A stretch of 64,000 nucleotides of DNA from contig MU053792.1 of assembly GCA_013239625.1 (NCBI GenBank), positions 73,618 to 137,617 of the forward strand. Reading direction: 5' to 3'. A model generated the notes under the pieces. It was not told the origin of the DNA, made no database searches, and saw only the letters and a program-made list of their open reading frames with translations. The stretch is from Lama guanicoe (lineage: Eukaryota). Made by a program: the position numbers and the translations under genes. Below are positions 25,211-39,568 of this stretch, piece by piece; positions within the stretch are counted from its first letter, which is position 1; every line of letters begins with the position of its first letter.

Positions 25211-28200
25211 GGGGAGATCGGCCAAAAGGATGGAGCCGAAAGGTCCTGAGCTCACATCCTCTCATGAGCACACACAACTATCTACAAAACAACCATTGTT
25301 AAAAAAATAAAGACTGGAATCTACCAGAAAAGGTATTCTACAACTAAAGACATAAAAAAGGAACCAAAATGAGATGGGTAGGAGGGACAGACAGATGATG
25401 CAATCAAGACCCATATCTTCAAGTGGGGGTACCCACAAACTGGAGAGTAATTACACTGCAGAGGTTCTCCTACAGGAGTGAGAGTTTTGAGCCCCACATC
25501 AGGGTCCCCAGCCCAGGGCTCCTGCACCGGGAAGACAAACCTCCAGAGAATTTGGCTTGAAAGGCCAGCAGGACTTAATTTCAGGAGCCCCACAGAACTG
25601 GGGAAAATAGAGACCTCACTCTTAAAAGGCAAATATAAAACCTCACATACATTGGGACCCAGAACCAAATAAGTAGTTGAACAAAAGTCTGGCCAGATCC
25701 ACCTGCTAGTCTTGGAGAGTCATCCAGAGAGACATGGGGTGATTGCAGCTCACCCTGGGGACATAGACGTTGGTGGAAGCCGTATTTGGGAATGTTCTAC
25801 ACAGTGAACACTGCTTCTGTTGGCTGCAATCTTAGGATCCACACTTTAGTTCATTATTAGCATCAAGACCTGACCCCAGGCAACAGCTTGTAGGTGCTGG
25901 TGCTGGGACGCCTCAGGCTAAACAATTAACTGGGTGAAGACATAGTCCCACCTACTCGCAGACAGGCTGCCCGAAGCTCCCTGCGCCCATGGCAGCCTCC
26001 AGACATACCCTTAGACATGGGCCTGCCCAGCAGAGCGACAAGACCCAGCTCCACACACCATTGGGTAGGCACAAACTCTGCCTTCCAAGAAGCCTGCATT
26101 AGCCCCTAGACCAGGCTCACCCATCAAGGGGAAGAAACCAGACACAAGAAAACCATATCTCGTGGCCTATGGAACTAGTCCACCCACAGCAGGCCAGACA
26201 CTTCCCTGGGACCAGCCGGGCCTTAGCCCTGTCCTGTAGCAGGCCAGCTCAAGCTTTGTGACCCCAGGACCCATACCCAATTGTGTCCGAAACCACCCCC
26301 ATCGATGATCTGAAGTGAGCTCTGGGATCCCCGAGCCCTGCAGCCAGATTTCAGGAACCAGCACTGCCTGCTACTCCCAGGATCTGGCTTCACCCTCCAG
26401 TGGTGGGCAACAGCCCCAGAGTGTTCAGGACCCTGATTCTACCCATGAGTGAGCCAGCACTAGACCCAGGGCATGTGGAGTTCATACAGCCAGGCTCCTG
26501 GTGACCAGGTCCCACTAAACAGCAGCCAGCAGCATTTGCACAAGGCGCAGCCTGGCAATCAGTTGAATTAGAGGCCAGCCAAGCTTATCAGGCTGCCTAA
26601 CTAGTCAGCCTGCAACAGCAGAAGGATTCTTAAGAGAAACCCCTAGAGCAAATATCTTGGGTGATAAGAGGAGAGTGTACTGCTTGGACTCATAGGAGGA
26701 AAGAAGTGTTATACTTCTCAACCTTGGAGACACTACATAACCTGCCACATCCCTAAAAACACAAATAGCAACTTATATTACATGTGGCAGCAGAGGAACA
26801 TATTCCAAGCAAAGGAAAAAGATAAGACCCCAGAAGAAGAACTAAGTGAAGTGCAGATAGGAAATCTACCTGAGAAAGAGTTCAGAGTAATGAATGCAAA
26901 GGTAATCAAAAGGGTCAAGGGAAGAATGGATGCACAGTGTAAGATGTTAGATGCTTTTAACAAAGGGTTGAAAATACGAAAACAACCAAACAAAGATGAA
27001 GAATAAAATAACTGAAATGAAATATACACAAGGAGGAATCGACAGGAGACTGAAAGATACAGAGGAAAGGATAAGTGAGCTGGAAGACAGAGTAGTGGAA
27101 TCACTTTGTTCTGCACAGAAAAAAGAGAAGAAAAAAGAAAAGACAGTTGAAAGTTCTCTGGTACGACATCAGGTTCACCAATATTCACATTACAGGGTTC
27201 CCAAAAGGAGAAGAGAGACAGACAGGGTGTGAGAAAATATTTGAAGACATAACACTGAAAAATCCTCTAGCCTGGGAAAGAAAGGAGTCAGCCAAGTTCA
27301 GGAAGGCCCATGCAGAATTAACCCTAAGAGAAACATGCCAGATACATTGTGATTAAAATGACAGAGACATCAAAGTTAAAGAGAATATTAAAAGCAGCAA
27401 GAGAAAAGCACCTAATAAAAGACAGCAGAACTCCCACAAGGCTATCAGATGATTTTTTTTTAAGCAGAAACTCTACAGGGGAGAAGGGAAAGGCATGACA
27501 TTTCATCTCTAGAGACACACACAGACTGAAAGTGAGGGAATGAGAAAAAGATATTTCATGCAAATGGAAATCCAAAGGAAGCCAGAGTAATAAACTTTTG
27601 TCAGACAAAATAGACTGTAAAGTAAATATTACAAGAGACAATGAAGGACACTACATAATGATCAAGGCATTAGTACAAGAAGGTATAACAACTGTAAATA
27701 TATGCATCCAAGATAGGAGTGTCTCAATTTATAAGGCAAACGTTAACAGACATGAAAGAAGATCTCAAGAGTAACACAATACAATTAGGGGACTTTAATA
27801 TTCCGCATTTGTGGGAGTGCATGATGGGATTAACAAATTGTAACAGACCCCAGCTGCCTGTCAACTTTAAGAAGAACAAATGTGCTTAGGAACTGCTTTG
27901 CAAGCAGGCACGTTTGTGTCCACACTCCTGTCTCCTTGCCATAAAAAGCAGAGACAATGCCTTGCTTGCGTAGTTGAGGTTTTAGATAGCACTCTGCTCC
28001 TTGCAAAGCAACGACCCAGGCCCTCAGCTAAACGCTGGGCGTGCCTGCTGTTAGATAGTCTATTATCCCCAAAAAGGCTGGGCTGCTGCTCTGTAATTAG
28101 CGTATCTAAAGAAAGTACCTTGTTCCCCTCTGCCCTTGTCTTCCCTAAAGATAAACCAAGACTTTATGCTCATTGTGATTTCTACAATCTCAATCCCATC

Positions 28201-30912
28201 CTGTCTTTCCCTAAATTCCTGCATTCCATCACACAACTGTTAAGCATTTTTCCTTTGATTGTACACAATAAATGTGGGAGCATTTGAGAGGCTGGTGGAG
28301 TCAGCTCCCGACTCCCTCTCTCTCTCTTGACTTTTCCACAGAGTTTCAAGTAATTCATTCTGTCTCGGTGGGACTTCTGCTGGCCAGAACCCACACACTT
28401 ACATCAATGGACATGTCATCCAGACAGAAAACCAGTAAGGAAACCAACACTTAAATGACACATTAGGCCAAATGGACTTAATTTATATCTATAGAGCATT
28501 CCACTCAAAAGCAGCAGAATGCACATTTTTTTCAAGTGCACATGAAACCTTCTCCAGGATAGATCATATGCTAAGGCACAAAACAAGCCTCTATAATTTT
28601 AAGAAAACTGAAGTCATATCAGGCATCTTTTCTGACCACAACACTATGAGACTAGATATCAACTACAAGGAAGAAACTGCAAAAAACAAAAACACATGGA
28701 GGCTAAATAATATGCTACTAATCAACCAATGGATCACTGAAGAAATCAAAGAGAAAATAAAAAATACCTAGAGACAAATGAAAATGAAAACATAATGATA
28801 CAAAGTCTATGGGATGCAACAAAAGCAGTTCTAACAGGGAAGTTTATAGCAATACATGCTTACCCAGGGAACCAGGAAAATCTCAAGTAAACAGCTTAAC
28901 CTTATATCTAAAGGAACTAGAGAAAGAAGAACAAATTCCAAAGTTAGTGAAGGAAAGAAATCATAAAGATCAGAACACAAATAAATGAAATAAAGACTAA
29001 AAGATCAATGAAACTAAAAGCTGTTTATTTGCAAAGGTAAACAAAATTTATAAAACTTTAACCAGACTCATCAAATAAAAACAAAAAAAAAGCATGAGAA
29101 AGAGAGTCCAAATCAATAATATCAGAAATGAAAAAGAAGTCACAACTGACAGCACAGATAAATAAAGGATTATGACTACTACAAATAAGTGTGTGCCAGT
29201 AAAATGGAGAACTTATAAAAAATTTACAAATTCTTAGAAAGGTACAATATTTCAAGACTTAACAAGGAACAAATAGAAAATATAAACAGTTCAACTACCA
29301 GTAATGAAATTGATTCAGAAAAATTTGAATTAAAAAACTCCAAACAAAGTCCAGGACCAGATGGCTTCACAGGTGAGTTCTACAAACATTTAGGGAAGAG
29401 TTAACATCCATCTTTCTGAAACTATTCCCAAACATGGCAGAGGAAGGGACACTTCTGACCCCATTCTGTGAGGCCACTATCACAATGAAACCAAAACCAG
29501 ACAAAGATATCACAAAACAGAGAAAATTATAGGCCAATATCACTGATGAGCATAGATGCAAAAATCTTCAAGGAAATCTAGTATATAGACTCCAACAATG
29601 AATTAAAAGGATCATACACCATGGTCAAGTTGGATTTATCCCAGGGCTGCAAGGATATTACAATATCTGCAAATTAATCAATGTGATACACCGCATTAAC
29701 AAACTGAAGAATAAAAACCCTATGATAATCTCAATAGATGCAGGAAAAAAACTCGACAAAATTCCACTTCCATTAATGTTAAAAAAACTCTCCAGAAAGT
29801 GGGCAAAAAGGGAATATACTTTAACATAATAAGAGCCATATATCTCCTAAGACAAAGGAAATAAAAGCCAAAATAGGAAAATTGGACCAAATTAAACTTA
29901 AAAGTTTTGCACAGCAAAGGAAACCATTGACAAAACAAGAAGACAACCTACTGAATGGAAGATATTTCCAAATGATTTGACTGATAGGCAGTTAATATCC
30001 AACATATATAAACAGCTCATACAACTCAACACCAAAAAAGTAAACAACTTGGTTAAAAAATGGGCAGAATAGCCTAATAGACATTTTTCCAAAGAGAAAA
30101 TACAGATGACCAACAGGCACATAGAAAGATGCTCAACATTGCTAATCATCAGGGAAAAGCAAATCAAAACCACAATGAGACACCACCTCAAACTTGTCAA
30201 AATGGCCATCATCAAAATGAATACAAATAACAAATGTTGGTGAGGATGTGGAGAAAAGGGAACCCTCCTACACTGCTGGTGGGAATGTAATTTGGTGAAG
30301 CAACTGTGGAAAACAGTATGGAGGGTTCTCAAAAAAACTAAAAATAGAATGACTGCATGGCCCAGCAATTCCACTCCTGGGTTTATATCTGAAAAACACA
30401 AAAACACTAATCAAAAAGATACATGCATGCCAATGTTCCTAGCAGCGTTATTTACAATTGCCAAGATATGGAAGCAACCTAAGTGTCCATCAACAGGTGA
30501 AAGGATAGTGAAGATGTGGCATATATACACAATGGAATGGGACTCAGCCATAAAAAATGACAGAAGTTTGCTGTTTACAGCAACATGGATGGATCTGGAG
30601 GGCGTTATGCTAAATGAAATATGTCAGGCAGAGAAAGACAAATACTCTATGACATCACTTATATGTAGAATCTAAAAAAATACTACAAACTAGTGAATAT
30701 AACAAGAAAAAATCAGACTCATAGATGTAGATATTAAACTAATGGTTACAGTAGGGGGTATGGGCAATATGGGGGTGGAGGGGCAGGAGGTGCAGACTAC
30801 GCGGCTACATGGGTATATTCTACAACATGGGGAATATAATATTTGAATTAAAAAACTGTAAATGGAGTATAACTTTAGAATTGTATACAAATAAAAATCA
30901 AAATTAAAAAAG
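25211..30912 (+). mobile_element. LINE-1 retaining 5' UTR, ORF1, ORF2 and 3' UTR, with two internal deletions and an LTR insertion
   Basis: GC-rich 5' UTR from 25211; ORF1 start MWQQRNIFQAKEKDKTPEEELSEVQIGNLPEKEFRV at 26782; EN domain TFFSSAHETFSRIDHML; C-terminal WHIYTMEWDSAIK; A-rich tail at ~30890-30912. Consensus jumps at ~27502 (ORF1 into EN) and ~29843 (RT into C-terminal region). Confidence 0.93.
27810..28395 (+). mobile_element. Solo LTR, probably class II (beta-like), inserted in the L1 endonuclease region
   Basis: Perfect inverted termini TGTGGG...CCCACA; AATAAA at 28267-28272; L1 'ggggactttaatattc..|cacttacatcaatggac' resumes across it. TSD is imperfect. Confidence 0.8.
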
Positions 30913-31108
30913 AGGCTTAAAACATACTTTTTTAAAAAAAAAACATGAATTGTTAGCCACATGTGTGTAACAGTAGGATCCAATCGCAAAGATTGACATG
31001 ACTCTCCTACTGTCATAGTTAAACGCATTTAAGTTAATTGAAATTCTGTTTTTAGATATCAGGTTTTTTGGTTTTTTTCTTAAAAAGCAGCCATTTTTGG
31101 TAACATTT

Positions 31109-31491
31109 TGTATTAATCAGCTAGTGCCTCAATAACACAATGCCACCAACTTGGGGGGAAGGGGCTAAAAACAGAAATACACTTTTTTTCATAATTTTGA
31201 AGACTAGAAGTCAGAGATTAGGGTGCTGGCAGAGTGGGCTTGTTCTAAGAAGTCCCTCCTTTACTTAGAAATGGTCAGCTTCTCTTGTGTCTTCCGTTAG
31301 TCTTCTTTTTGTACGTGTGTATTCAAATTTCCTCTTCTTATAAGGATCCCACTCAGAGTCGAGTCTACCCTCATGGCTTCATGTTAACTTACACTTCTCT
31401 CCAAACAGGGTCGCATTCTGAGGTACTGTGGGGTAGAATTTCAACATACACATTTTTGGGGAGGGGGTCACACAATTGAGCACATAAGACA
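31109..31491 (-). mobile_element. MLT1A/B-like MaLR LTR
   Basis: 'aaatttcctcttcttataagga..gtcgcattctgaggtactg..ttcaacata..acacaatt'. Confidence 0.75.
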
Positions 31492-32339
31492 TTAGTAGTG
31501 GAATAAAAACGTCTTCCACCACAGGAGAAAAGTTATATTGTCAACTAAACCTCCGTGTTACTACAGTCCAGCAGAAGCTTCACATTAAAAGGGGTAATTT
31601 TAAACTTTGTTCAACATAGCCAGCTAACGAGTCAGCTGCACAAAAATGTAGCATTTTGCAACTTTGATGGGGGGATGGCAAAGAGGGAAGCTTCACAAAG
31701 TCTGACTTTATTCTCTATACCTATTGGAATCAAAGAAGAATTTCTACCCTGTACACACACACACACACATACACAAATATATCACCTTGCTGTCATTTTA
31801 ATGAAAATATAATAATAAGCCTTTCGTTTTTCACCTAACAGTGGCTAAGGCTGTATTTCTCATACTTTCCGGAAGGCATTGGTCAGAGCAATTATGCATT
31901 TAAAACATTTCGGTCTTACCAATCTAGAATGCAAACGGGTAGATAATAAATTTCTAATATAACAGGGTCCTCAAAATATTACAAAATAATAGAATTTAAA
32001 AGTTAAACCCAAGTTAAAAGTAAAAATTGGTGATAAGAAACTCAAAATGTAATTTAGTTTAGCAGTTCCTTGTTAAACTTTGGAATCCAAGGAAGAACCA
32101 TTCTTTATGTATCTGAAATGCTAATCTCTGCTATTCTAGCCCTGTGCTTCTTTATTTCTGCCCCTAAGTGTTACTGACAAGGAAAAAATCCAGATGAAAT
32201 AATCTTCATGTTTGTCCCCATAACACTAAAGAGAATATTATTATTTAAGTAAGGATATAAGGAATCAGCCTGGGCCTAAGTTGGAACTCCAATGATGATA
32301 GTGTAATTCTTTGATAGGCTTGAAAAGGGACTTTTTGAA

Positions 32340-33430
32340 TTTCTGGTTTTAGTCAAAATGTTCATGTTGTTACAGAAGTAGAGAGAACAGCGTAATGGTC
32401 CTCTGTGTACTCATCACAGCCCCAAAAGTTATTCCATCATGACAACTTTTTTCCCTAACTCCACTCACACTCCTTGTCCCCTGATTATTTAGAAGAGAAT
32501 CTTAGGCGTCAAAACTTTAGAAATAAATATTTCAGTAGGCACTTCTGAAATATAATGGCTCTTCATAAACATAACCACAATAGTATTAACATGCTCCCAT
32601 AAATTAAAAATATTTCTGTTTTCATGAACTAATAGAATTTAGTTTTTAGAAAAACAATTAGGTTCACAGGAAGATTGAAAACAATGAATAGAGATATCCC
32701 ACATACTCCCTGCTCCACTCATGCACAACATCCTCCACAAGAGTGGTACAATTTGGTACAATCGATGAACCCACATTGACACGTCATTATCACTCAAAGA
32801 CTATAGTTTACATCATGGTTCACTCTGTAAAATGTATTACATTTTATGGCTTTGGACATATCAAATGTATCATGATATGCATTTACCATTACAGTATCAT
32901 ACAGAATAATTTCACTGCCCTGAAAATGCTCTGTGCTTCACCTGTTCATCCCTCCCACCTCCCAACCCCTGACGTTTTTACCGTCTCCATAGTTTCACTT
33001 TTCCCAGAATGAAATAGAGTTGGAGTCATACAGTATGTAGCCTTTTCAGACTGGCCATTTTCACTTAGTGGTATGCATTTGTTTCCTCTATGTTATTTCA
33101 TGGCTTGGCAGCTCAGTATCTTTTAGTGCTGGGGAAAAAACAATGCATCAATATTGATAACATTATTGATTATTAAAATGCAGTGTTATATATAATAATG
33201 GTTTCTTTTTAAAAAGAAAATATCTGGTCAGTTCACATTTCCCAAATGATCACACTTACATGTATAATACTTGAAAATTCAAGTAAAATCCAAATATCGC
33301 AATTGGTTGAAATGCCACTTAAGTGTTTTGTTTTTTTTAAATTACTAGTTACACATCCCTCATGAGCTTTCTTTTTACTGTCTTTTTGTTGTTGTTGAGG
33401 AGAGTAAGTCATCTGTTGTAGAAAGTTTTC
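32340..33430 (-). mobile_element. Old L1 3' UTR fragments, antisense
   Basis: 'ggtacaatcgatgaacccacattgacacgtcattatcac', 'cagtatgtagccttttcagactgg'. Confidence 0.7.
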
Positions 33431-36400
33431 TCACACAGAGTTTGCTAATTGCCATTAATGCCAGAAAAACAATTGCCTAAGCTCCTTGTCACGATTAATC
33501 GCTTTCCCAGAATAACAGCTAAAAAAAAAAAAAAAAAAAGAGGAAAAAAATTACAAAAAATAAAAGGAAAATCAAGGTCTCAATTTCCAACTATGTAAAA
33601 TCATACTTAAATATATCACAGCTAAATTACCAAATCAAAGTGTGCTGTTGTTAGGTATGAAAGCAGATACTAGAGGCTGGTAAACAATAAGAATGACACC
33701 TGCTATCAGAGCAAATATATAAAACAAGTTATCTTCAAGGAAGAATGCAGAGAAAATATTTAATGACGTTAAAACTTGTGTGGAACATTAAAAGGAATAA
33801 CTTGTGACTGACGAACAGTTTAGAGCTTTGGTTTGGGCAATAGACCTAAGGGCAAATCTCAAATTTGCTATCTTTTTTCTGAATAGCTTTTGGAAGTTAC
33901 ATAGACCGACCTTTCAGTTCCCCCCCTTTTTTTTAATGTATATAATAATGTTTACCTCATAGAGATGTTATAGAGATTGAAATAGATAAATCAGTAAAGA
34001 ATACTAAAAATAATTTGCTTAATAAAATTCATAGCTATCAAACTGTAAAATATGATCAGTGGAAAAAGGAGATGTTATGGATATATAAATAAAATATTCA
34101 TGTATTTAGCTCAGTTTTCCTTCCTGTCTATCTGTGTAGGTATATGTGCCAGGTTGGAGCAACTGCAGTCACAGTGAATCCCATCATTTGAAATAATCCA
34201 TTTAAATAATCTCTGAAAAGTTTTCTTCACAAATATTTTATAGTTAACTAATTGGTCTACAAAGGTTTTGTTTGTTTTGTTTCACTTTTATGAGGACTAG
34301 GGAAGACAAAGTCTGAAAGGAGTGCAGAGGAGCTCCCCCTCTGTTGGCACTGGCTTACTTCCTTGGCTGTATTATCTATGTCCAAAATAGTTCATAAATT
34401 TTTTAAAAGTATAATTCAAGTATAATTAGCTAGCACTCAGAGATTACAAGTCTTTAAAAATTATGGAATAATTTCATTGTAAGTTTCAGCTACTGATATA
34501 TGGGGTGTGCAGAATGTGTTAATTATAGATGATATTATGACTATTGATTGCACACATTTTCACTTCCTGTTTCTCCGCTCTTTATCTGTTTAATATCCTC
34601 TCTTTACCATACATCTGAACACTTCTTTTCCTGTAAGGATATTAAGTCTCCTTTTCTGTTATTAATGTTATATTGGTTGAAATCACTTGGGGAGTGAGGT
34701 CAATAACACACAGACTAGACACTGTGGCTCCTGTACGGCGATATTTGGCTAAAGCTAGCCCATGAAGAGTTTTAGATCATTGGAAGCTGGAAAATTTTTT
34801 CCATCAACTTCCAAATGTATTGTCCATAGTCAAGCCTGTATTGAAAAAAAAAGACTGTCTACAGACTGCTGCAATTAATATTTTGCAGTGTCCAATCTAA
34901 TATTTAAGTGAATAATAATAGATGTTTTACATGTATGTGTATCTTACCTCATTCAATTTTTTTCTTAATTATTAAGGCAAGCTCCAGTATAAATTACTGA
35001 AGGTATATTGAATTCAGCAGATAGGCAGAAATGCTCTGAGTTTTGCACTAGCCTTTGCATTCATTATATTTTTTAGGGATCATAATTTATGATTACTCTG
35101 GCCTGAGCTAGCTTTTCATTTAGGTATGTGTTTATTCATTTGAAGGAAGTGTTGTATTGAATGTTTTAAGAAATTTTTATGATAAATTAAAAAAATTATT
35201 ACTTCAGATAATCTGATATTTTCTGAAGACATTTATTTATTCTTTTTTTTGCCAGTTAGAATGTACTTTAGGCTCTCTGGAACAGAATTTCATTTTTGTT
35301 TTGGGTCCCAGTCGTGCAGCCTGTGTGTATTGAATGATGCCAAATTTAAGTCATTCCATGAACAGAGGACTAAGGCAATCTGAAGATTCCATCCACATGA
35401 CCACAGTGATTGGTTCAAATATGAGCATGTGATCTAGGTCAAGCCAATCAGGCTCAACAAGCTCCTTGCAGAGTTTTGAGAATGCATTTCTAGAACAGCT
35501 ACAATCCTCATGTGACAAAGAGAAGGGAACCTTTATGATAATAAAAGAACAAACTTTTTTTTTAAAGATAAGAAACAGGGAGATAAACTAAATTATTTTA
35601 ACATTGTTTGAATCAATGATAAATCATGCCTGAAGCTATCGTATTCCTTTTGTCCTGAAATCAAGTTTGGCTTCAATTTTCTGTTTGATGCAGCCTCCAG
35701 CCCACCATCTACATTCTTGCCATCTATTTATAAGCATGCAGCAGAGCTTTAAGAATTTAGTCTAATTAATCCCTTACTATCCATCCAGTCTGAGCCACTC
35801 TGCTCCTCACCCACCATATATATTCCATAAAAATATTTAATATGATGGATTATTAATTTGTTCAGTTAATTAGCTATTCTAATACTCTGCTCAACAAAAG
35901 TCACCAGAATTTAGAAATGTTACATTCTCAGTATTAGGCATACACTGAAGTCTCTTTCAAGTTCTGGACAATTTTCTTTTCTGATACCTGGGAGCATCAA
36001 GGTCGAAATCTTATTCTCAGCTTTCTGGCAGAAGAGCACAATTCTGTGATGACTGCACTGTCTCTGCCTCTGACCTCTAAAACTGTGCATATTTGATGAA
36101 TGGCATCCCAGGCGACAAGGCTTGACATGTGGGCTTGTTTGAAATCAGATGAGAAGAAACAGTTAAAAAGCACTTTGGGGACACATGTGGTTTTCACTTA
36201 GATTTATTGCAGAAAAATGTATTTATTTTCTGATAAATAATTCACTTCTTGAATTGGTTTTTAGGCAGAGTGATCCAGTTTTGTTTCAAGAGGTACAAGC
36301 AAGAGTGATTGAGAGCTTAATACAGACATAATCTGTAGCTTGCACTGATCAGTCCTCCACGGATTTTTGCCATGGATTAATGTACAGCTGCAAAATTCAC

Positions 36401-37231
36401 ACAGTAATCCTCTGCTATGCAATTTGGTGACAGGCTGTATATTAGTCATTGTCCCTACAGACAGTAAGGACATAACATGTATCCTGTCTTGGTTTACACC
36501 TTCCTATGAATGGATAAGCAAAGGGAAGACAATAACCCGAAGTCACAAGGAAGCCAACACAGAGATAAAATCTGACAGTGAAATACCTTAGTACGCAAAT
36601 TGGATTAAATACACTGAGTGCAGGGTGGCTTCAAGGCAGGGATGGGATGTGAGTGGTACCTCAAATACAGACTGAGATTAGATGAGAAGTTATGTGTTCC
36701 CATTAGGAGCAGAGGTGGCATGAACAGTGTAAACAAGGTATGGTTGTGAGTAATAAAAAAAAAGCCTACTAGAAAAAGGGGTCGTGCTTGGAAGAAATGT
36801 GACAGAAAGATAGAAATGAAACTGGAGTGCAGCCATGTGAGGAATGTGTTAATGACAGTGAAAGAGTCTTAAAATTTATCTTGTAAATTGTAATAAAGGT
36901 TTTTAATTGGTTTTAGGCCTTCGCAGGTAGCTAATGAGAAAAACAAAATTCAGGTGGACATGCATTATTTTTGCTTCTGGAAATATGATTAGTGAACATT
37001 GGGGAAACTCTCCATCAGAATAGCTGATTCTAAACTGAGAAGATGGAGAAGAAAACGGGCAGTGTTTCCGTCTCTTTGATTGGGTGGTAATGAAAGAATT
37101 AAATTCAATTACAGTTTTGAAATCATCTGCTGAAACTGGAAGAAAGTACTGTTTGTATCTTGCCCCCTTAATTGGTTGCAGGATGGACGGCAAAACTATG
37201 CCAACATGGCTTTGGGGGGAAGATCTGGAAC

Positions 37232-37631
37232 TGAAGCAGGAAAAATGGATGTGGGGCATGAGAAGGGCTGTGTCCCAGGCTTCAGTTGGCCCCTGGGACG
37301 TGTCCTGCCAAGTGTGAGCCCTTGGCTTTGCACAGGAAAGAATTCAAGAGCAAACCACAGTGGAGTGAAGGTAGATTTATTCAGAGAGATACATTGAAAG
37401 GCAAGAGAAGAGGGAGAGAAAGGGGGCGACAGCTGCGAGACACCTTGTTGCCAGTTATTCACCAAGTTAATATATTATAATGGGCATATAATGAAGCTTA
37501 AGTTCTACTAGGAGTCAAATCTCTCACCATCCTGAGCCTCAAGGCCTACTGGGGGTTGAATCTTCCACCGTTTTGATGTTAGTTGCTGTATCATTCCTTG
37601 AATGGCTGTGCCCTGCCCACTTCCTGTCTCA
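37232..37631 (-). mobile_element. Short solo ERV1 LTR with 4-bp TSD GAAC
   Basis: TGAAGCAGG...TGTCTCA flanked by GAAC at 37228-37231 and 37632-37635. Confidence 0.88.
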
Positions 37632-38201
37632 GAACCAGTCAGATAATATTACCCAGCACTGTTTGAGTGCCGTATGCTTGTGGCAAATCACAGCTTCAAA
37701 TGCTAAAGCTCAGCACAGAGATGCTTTGGAATCAGCAACAGTAAACAAATGAATATGCGTTCAGCAGATAAAAGGAGCAGCGATGAGCAAAGTCCTCTTT
37801 AAGACATATAACAGGAGGGAAGGGTCCCCAAACACCAGGCTTAGCATAGAGCTATCACACAGACCAGAGACCACTGTAGGTTTGAGAAATGAAGAGATAT
37901 TGGTCAAGCAAAGGGCAACAGTATTTGGAGGGGGGAGGTAAAGAGTGTTGTACACTCAAGTACGTGAAAGAAGGTAGAAAGTTGGCAGAGAAAATGGTGC
38001 ATTACAGAAACTGAAAGGCATGAATTGTGTATTCTAGTGAAGCTGGAGGACATGGATTTAGAAATGAGTAGCCAAGTGCCAAGGATTTACTGCCGTAATG
38101 ATTTTCCTATGTGACAGAAAAATACTTGAAGTGCTCGTCACGAGAATAAATTCTTTCCAAATATTTGTATCTCTACAAAGAGGATATTGTTGAAAATTAT
38201 T

Positions 38202-38286
38202 GGGGGGAGTGTATAGCTCTGTGGTAGACTGCATGCTTAGCACACACAGGGTCCTGGGTTCAATACCCAGTACCTCCACCAAGAAA
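38202..38286 (+). mobile_element. Vic-1-type tRNA-derived SINE (camelid)
   Basis: GGGGGGAGTGTATAGCTCTGTGGTAGA (A box)..GGTTCAATACC (B box)CAGTACCTCC; 'aaattatt' on both flanks. Confidence 0.85.
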
Positions 38287-38615
38287 ATTTTTTTTAAATT
38301 ATTTTATTGGATAATTTGTCCTATCTAATAAAATTTATATTATCCTTGCTGTGTTATATTCAATACTTAAGCCAATGTATACAGTTTATAAGAATGGAAA
38401 AATTTGACTCTGGCAGCATGCTTTAACAATTTTTAAAAAAATTAAATACACATATTAATTGTGAAAATTCTATGAAAAATTCTGTGTTAGTTACTGGAGA
38501 TACACAGATGAAAAATAAATCGGATAAAGTGCAAAATCTGGAAGGTAAAGATCAATTCATAAACAAGTCATCTAAAGAAGCAACTGAGTTAGTGAAAGGT
38601 GGAATGAGAAGGAAG

Positions 38616-39093
38616 TGTGAACAAAAAATACCTCAAACCATCTCAGTAAGCAAAGAACGCTGAAGCCATCAAGTCACCAGCAGCTGCCACCACCCCCCAG
38701 TGGGGACAGGCCTGCAGCCCAGCCTCTGCAGCCACTCACAGTGGTGCCCTCTGAGGGGACGCAGAATAAGGAGGGACAGGATACTGGCCCTAGATAGCTA
38801 GATACTTGTCTAAAAAATGAATTCAGTGAGTCCAAATGTTTGCTTCCTCCCATACATGGAAAAGCACTAAATTCTTTAACTCGAGATGCCTGGTTTTCTT
38901 AGATAATAAGCAATCTTTTGTTGTTCCAACTACCTGGCCTTTGCTGTGAAGCTCCTATATATCCTAGCTGCTCCTCTACCTCTTCGGAGCAGTCCCTCAG
39001 AGCCATCTGAGAGGCTGTCATCCCAGCTCAAGTCCTCCCACCAGATAAAACATAACTTTCAACTTTTAGGCTGCACATTTATTTCAGACGACA
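38616..39093 (+). mobile_element. Solo ERV1 LTR with 4-bp TSD GAAG
   Basis: TGTGAAC...GACGACA flanked by GAAG; same family as 17439-17921. Confidence 0.93.
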
Positions 39094-39568
39094 GAAGAAA
39101 CCACAATGCTTAGCGTTCTCTGGTGCTCAATTTTAAATACTGGTTTATGAGGAAAGATCGATTTCAGCTGGGTAGAATATTTGATGAAAAGTCCTATATA
39201 AACATTGAGAGTATGCTTACAAGCTGAAGTGAATTTAGAAGTACAGGGGGAAGTCACAGAGCAAGACACAGTGAGAAAAAAAATGAACACTGAGATGAGT
39301 CAGATATGAGTTGAAATAATTAGTAACATTCCAGGCATTCTGAGGTACAACAGTGAATGAAACATGGTCCTTGTCCTTATGGATCTTACATTCTAGTGGG
39401 GAAAATGATACGATAAAAAACAATTACAATATCAGGCAGTGATCAGATTTAAGAAAAGAAATTGGCTTAGGGGATAGGGAATATTGGGATGTAGGTCAGG
39501 AAACAGCCCTCTCTGACATCTGAGAAAAGACCTTCAAGAGTTTAGGGAGCCCTGCAGGAATCTGATAG

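Noticed and set aside
29898..30407. 169-aa minus-strand ORF and similar hydrophobic ORFs in the track
   Set aside because: Antisense translations of L1 ORF2, a common annotation artefact.
38202..38280. tRNA gene (also 55065-55144)
   Set aside because: A and B boxes are present, but the A-rich tails, TSDs and divergent stems indicate SINE copies.
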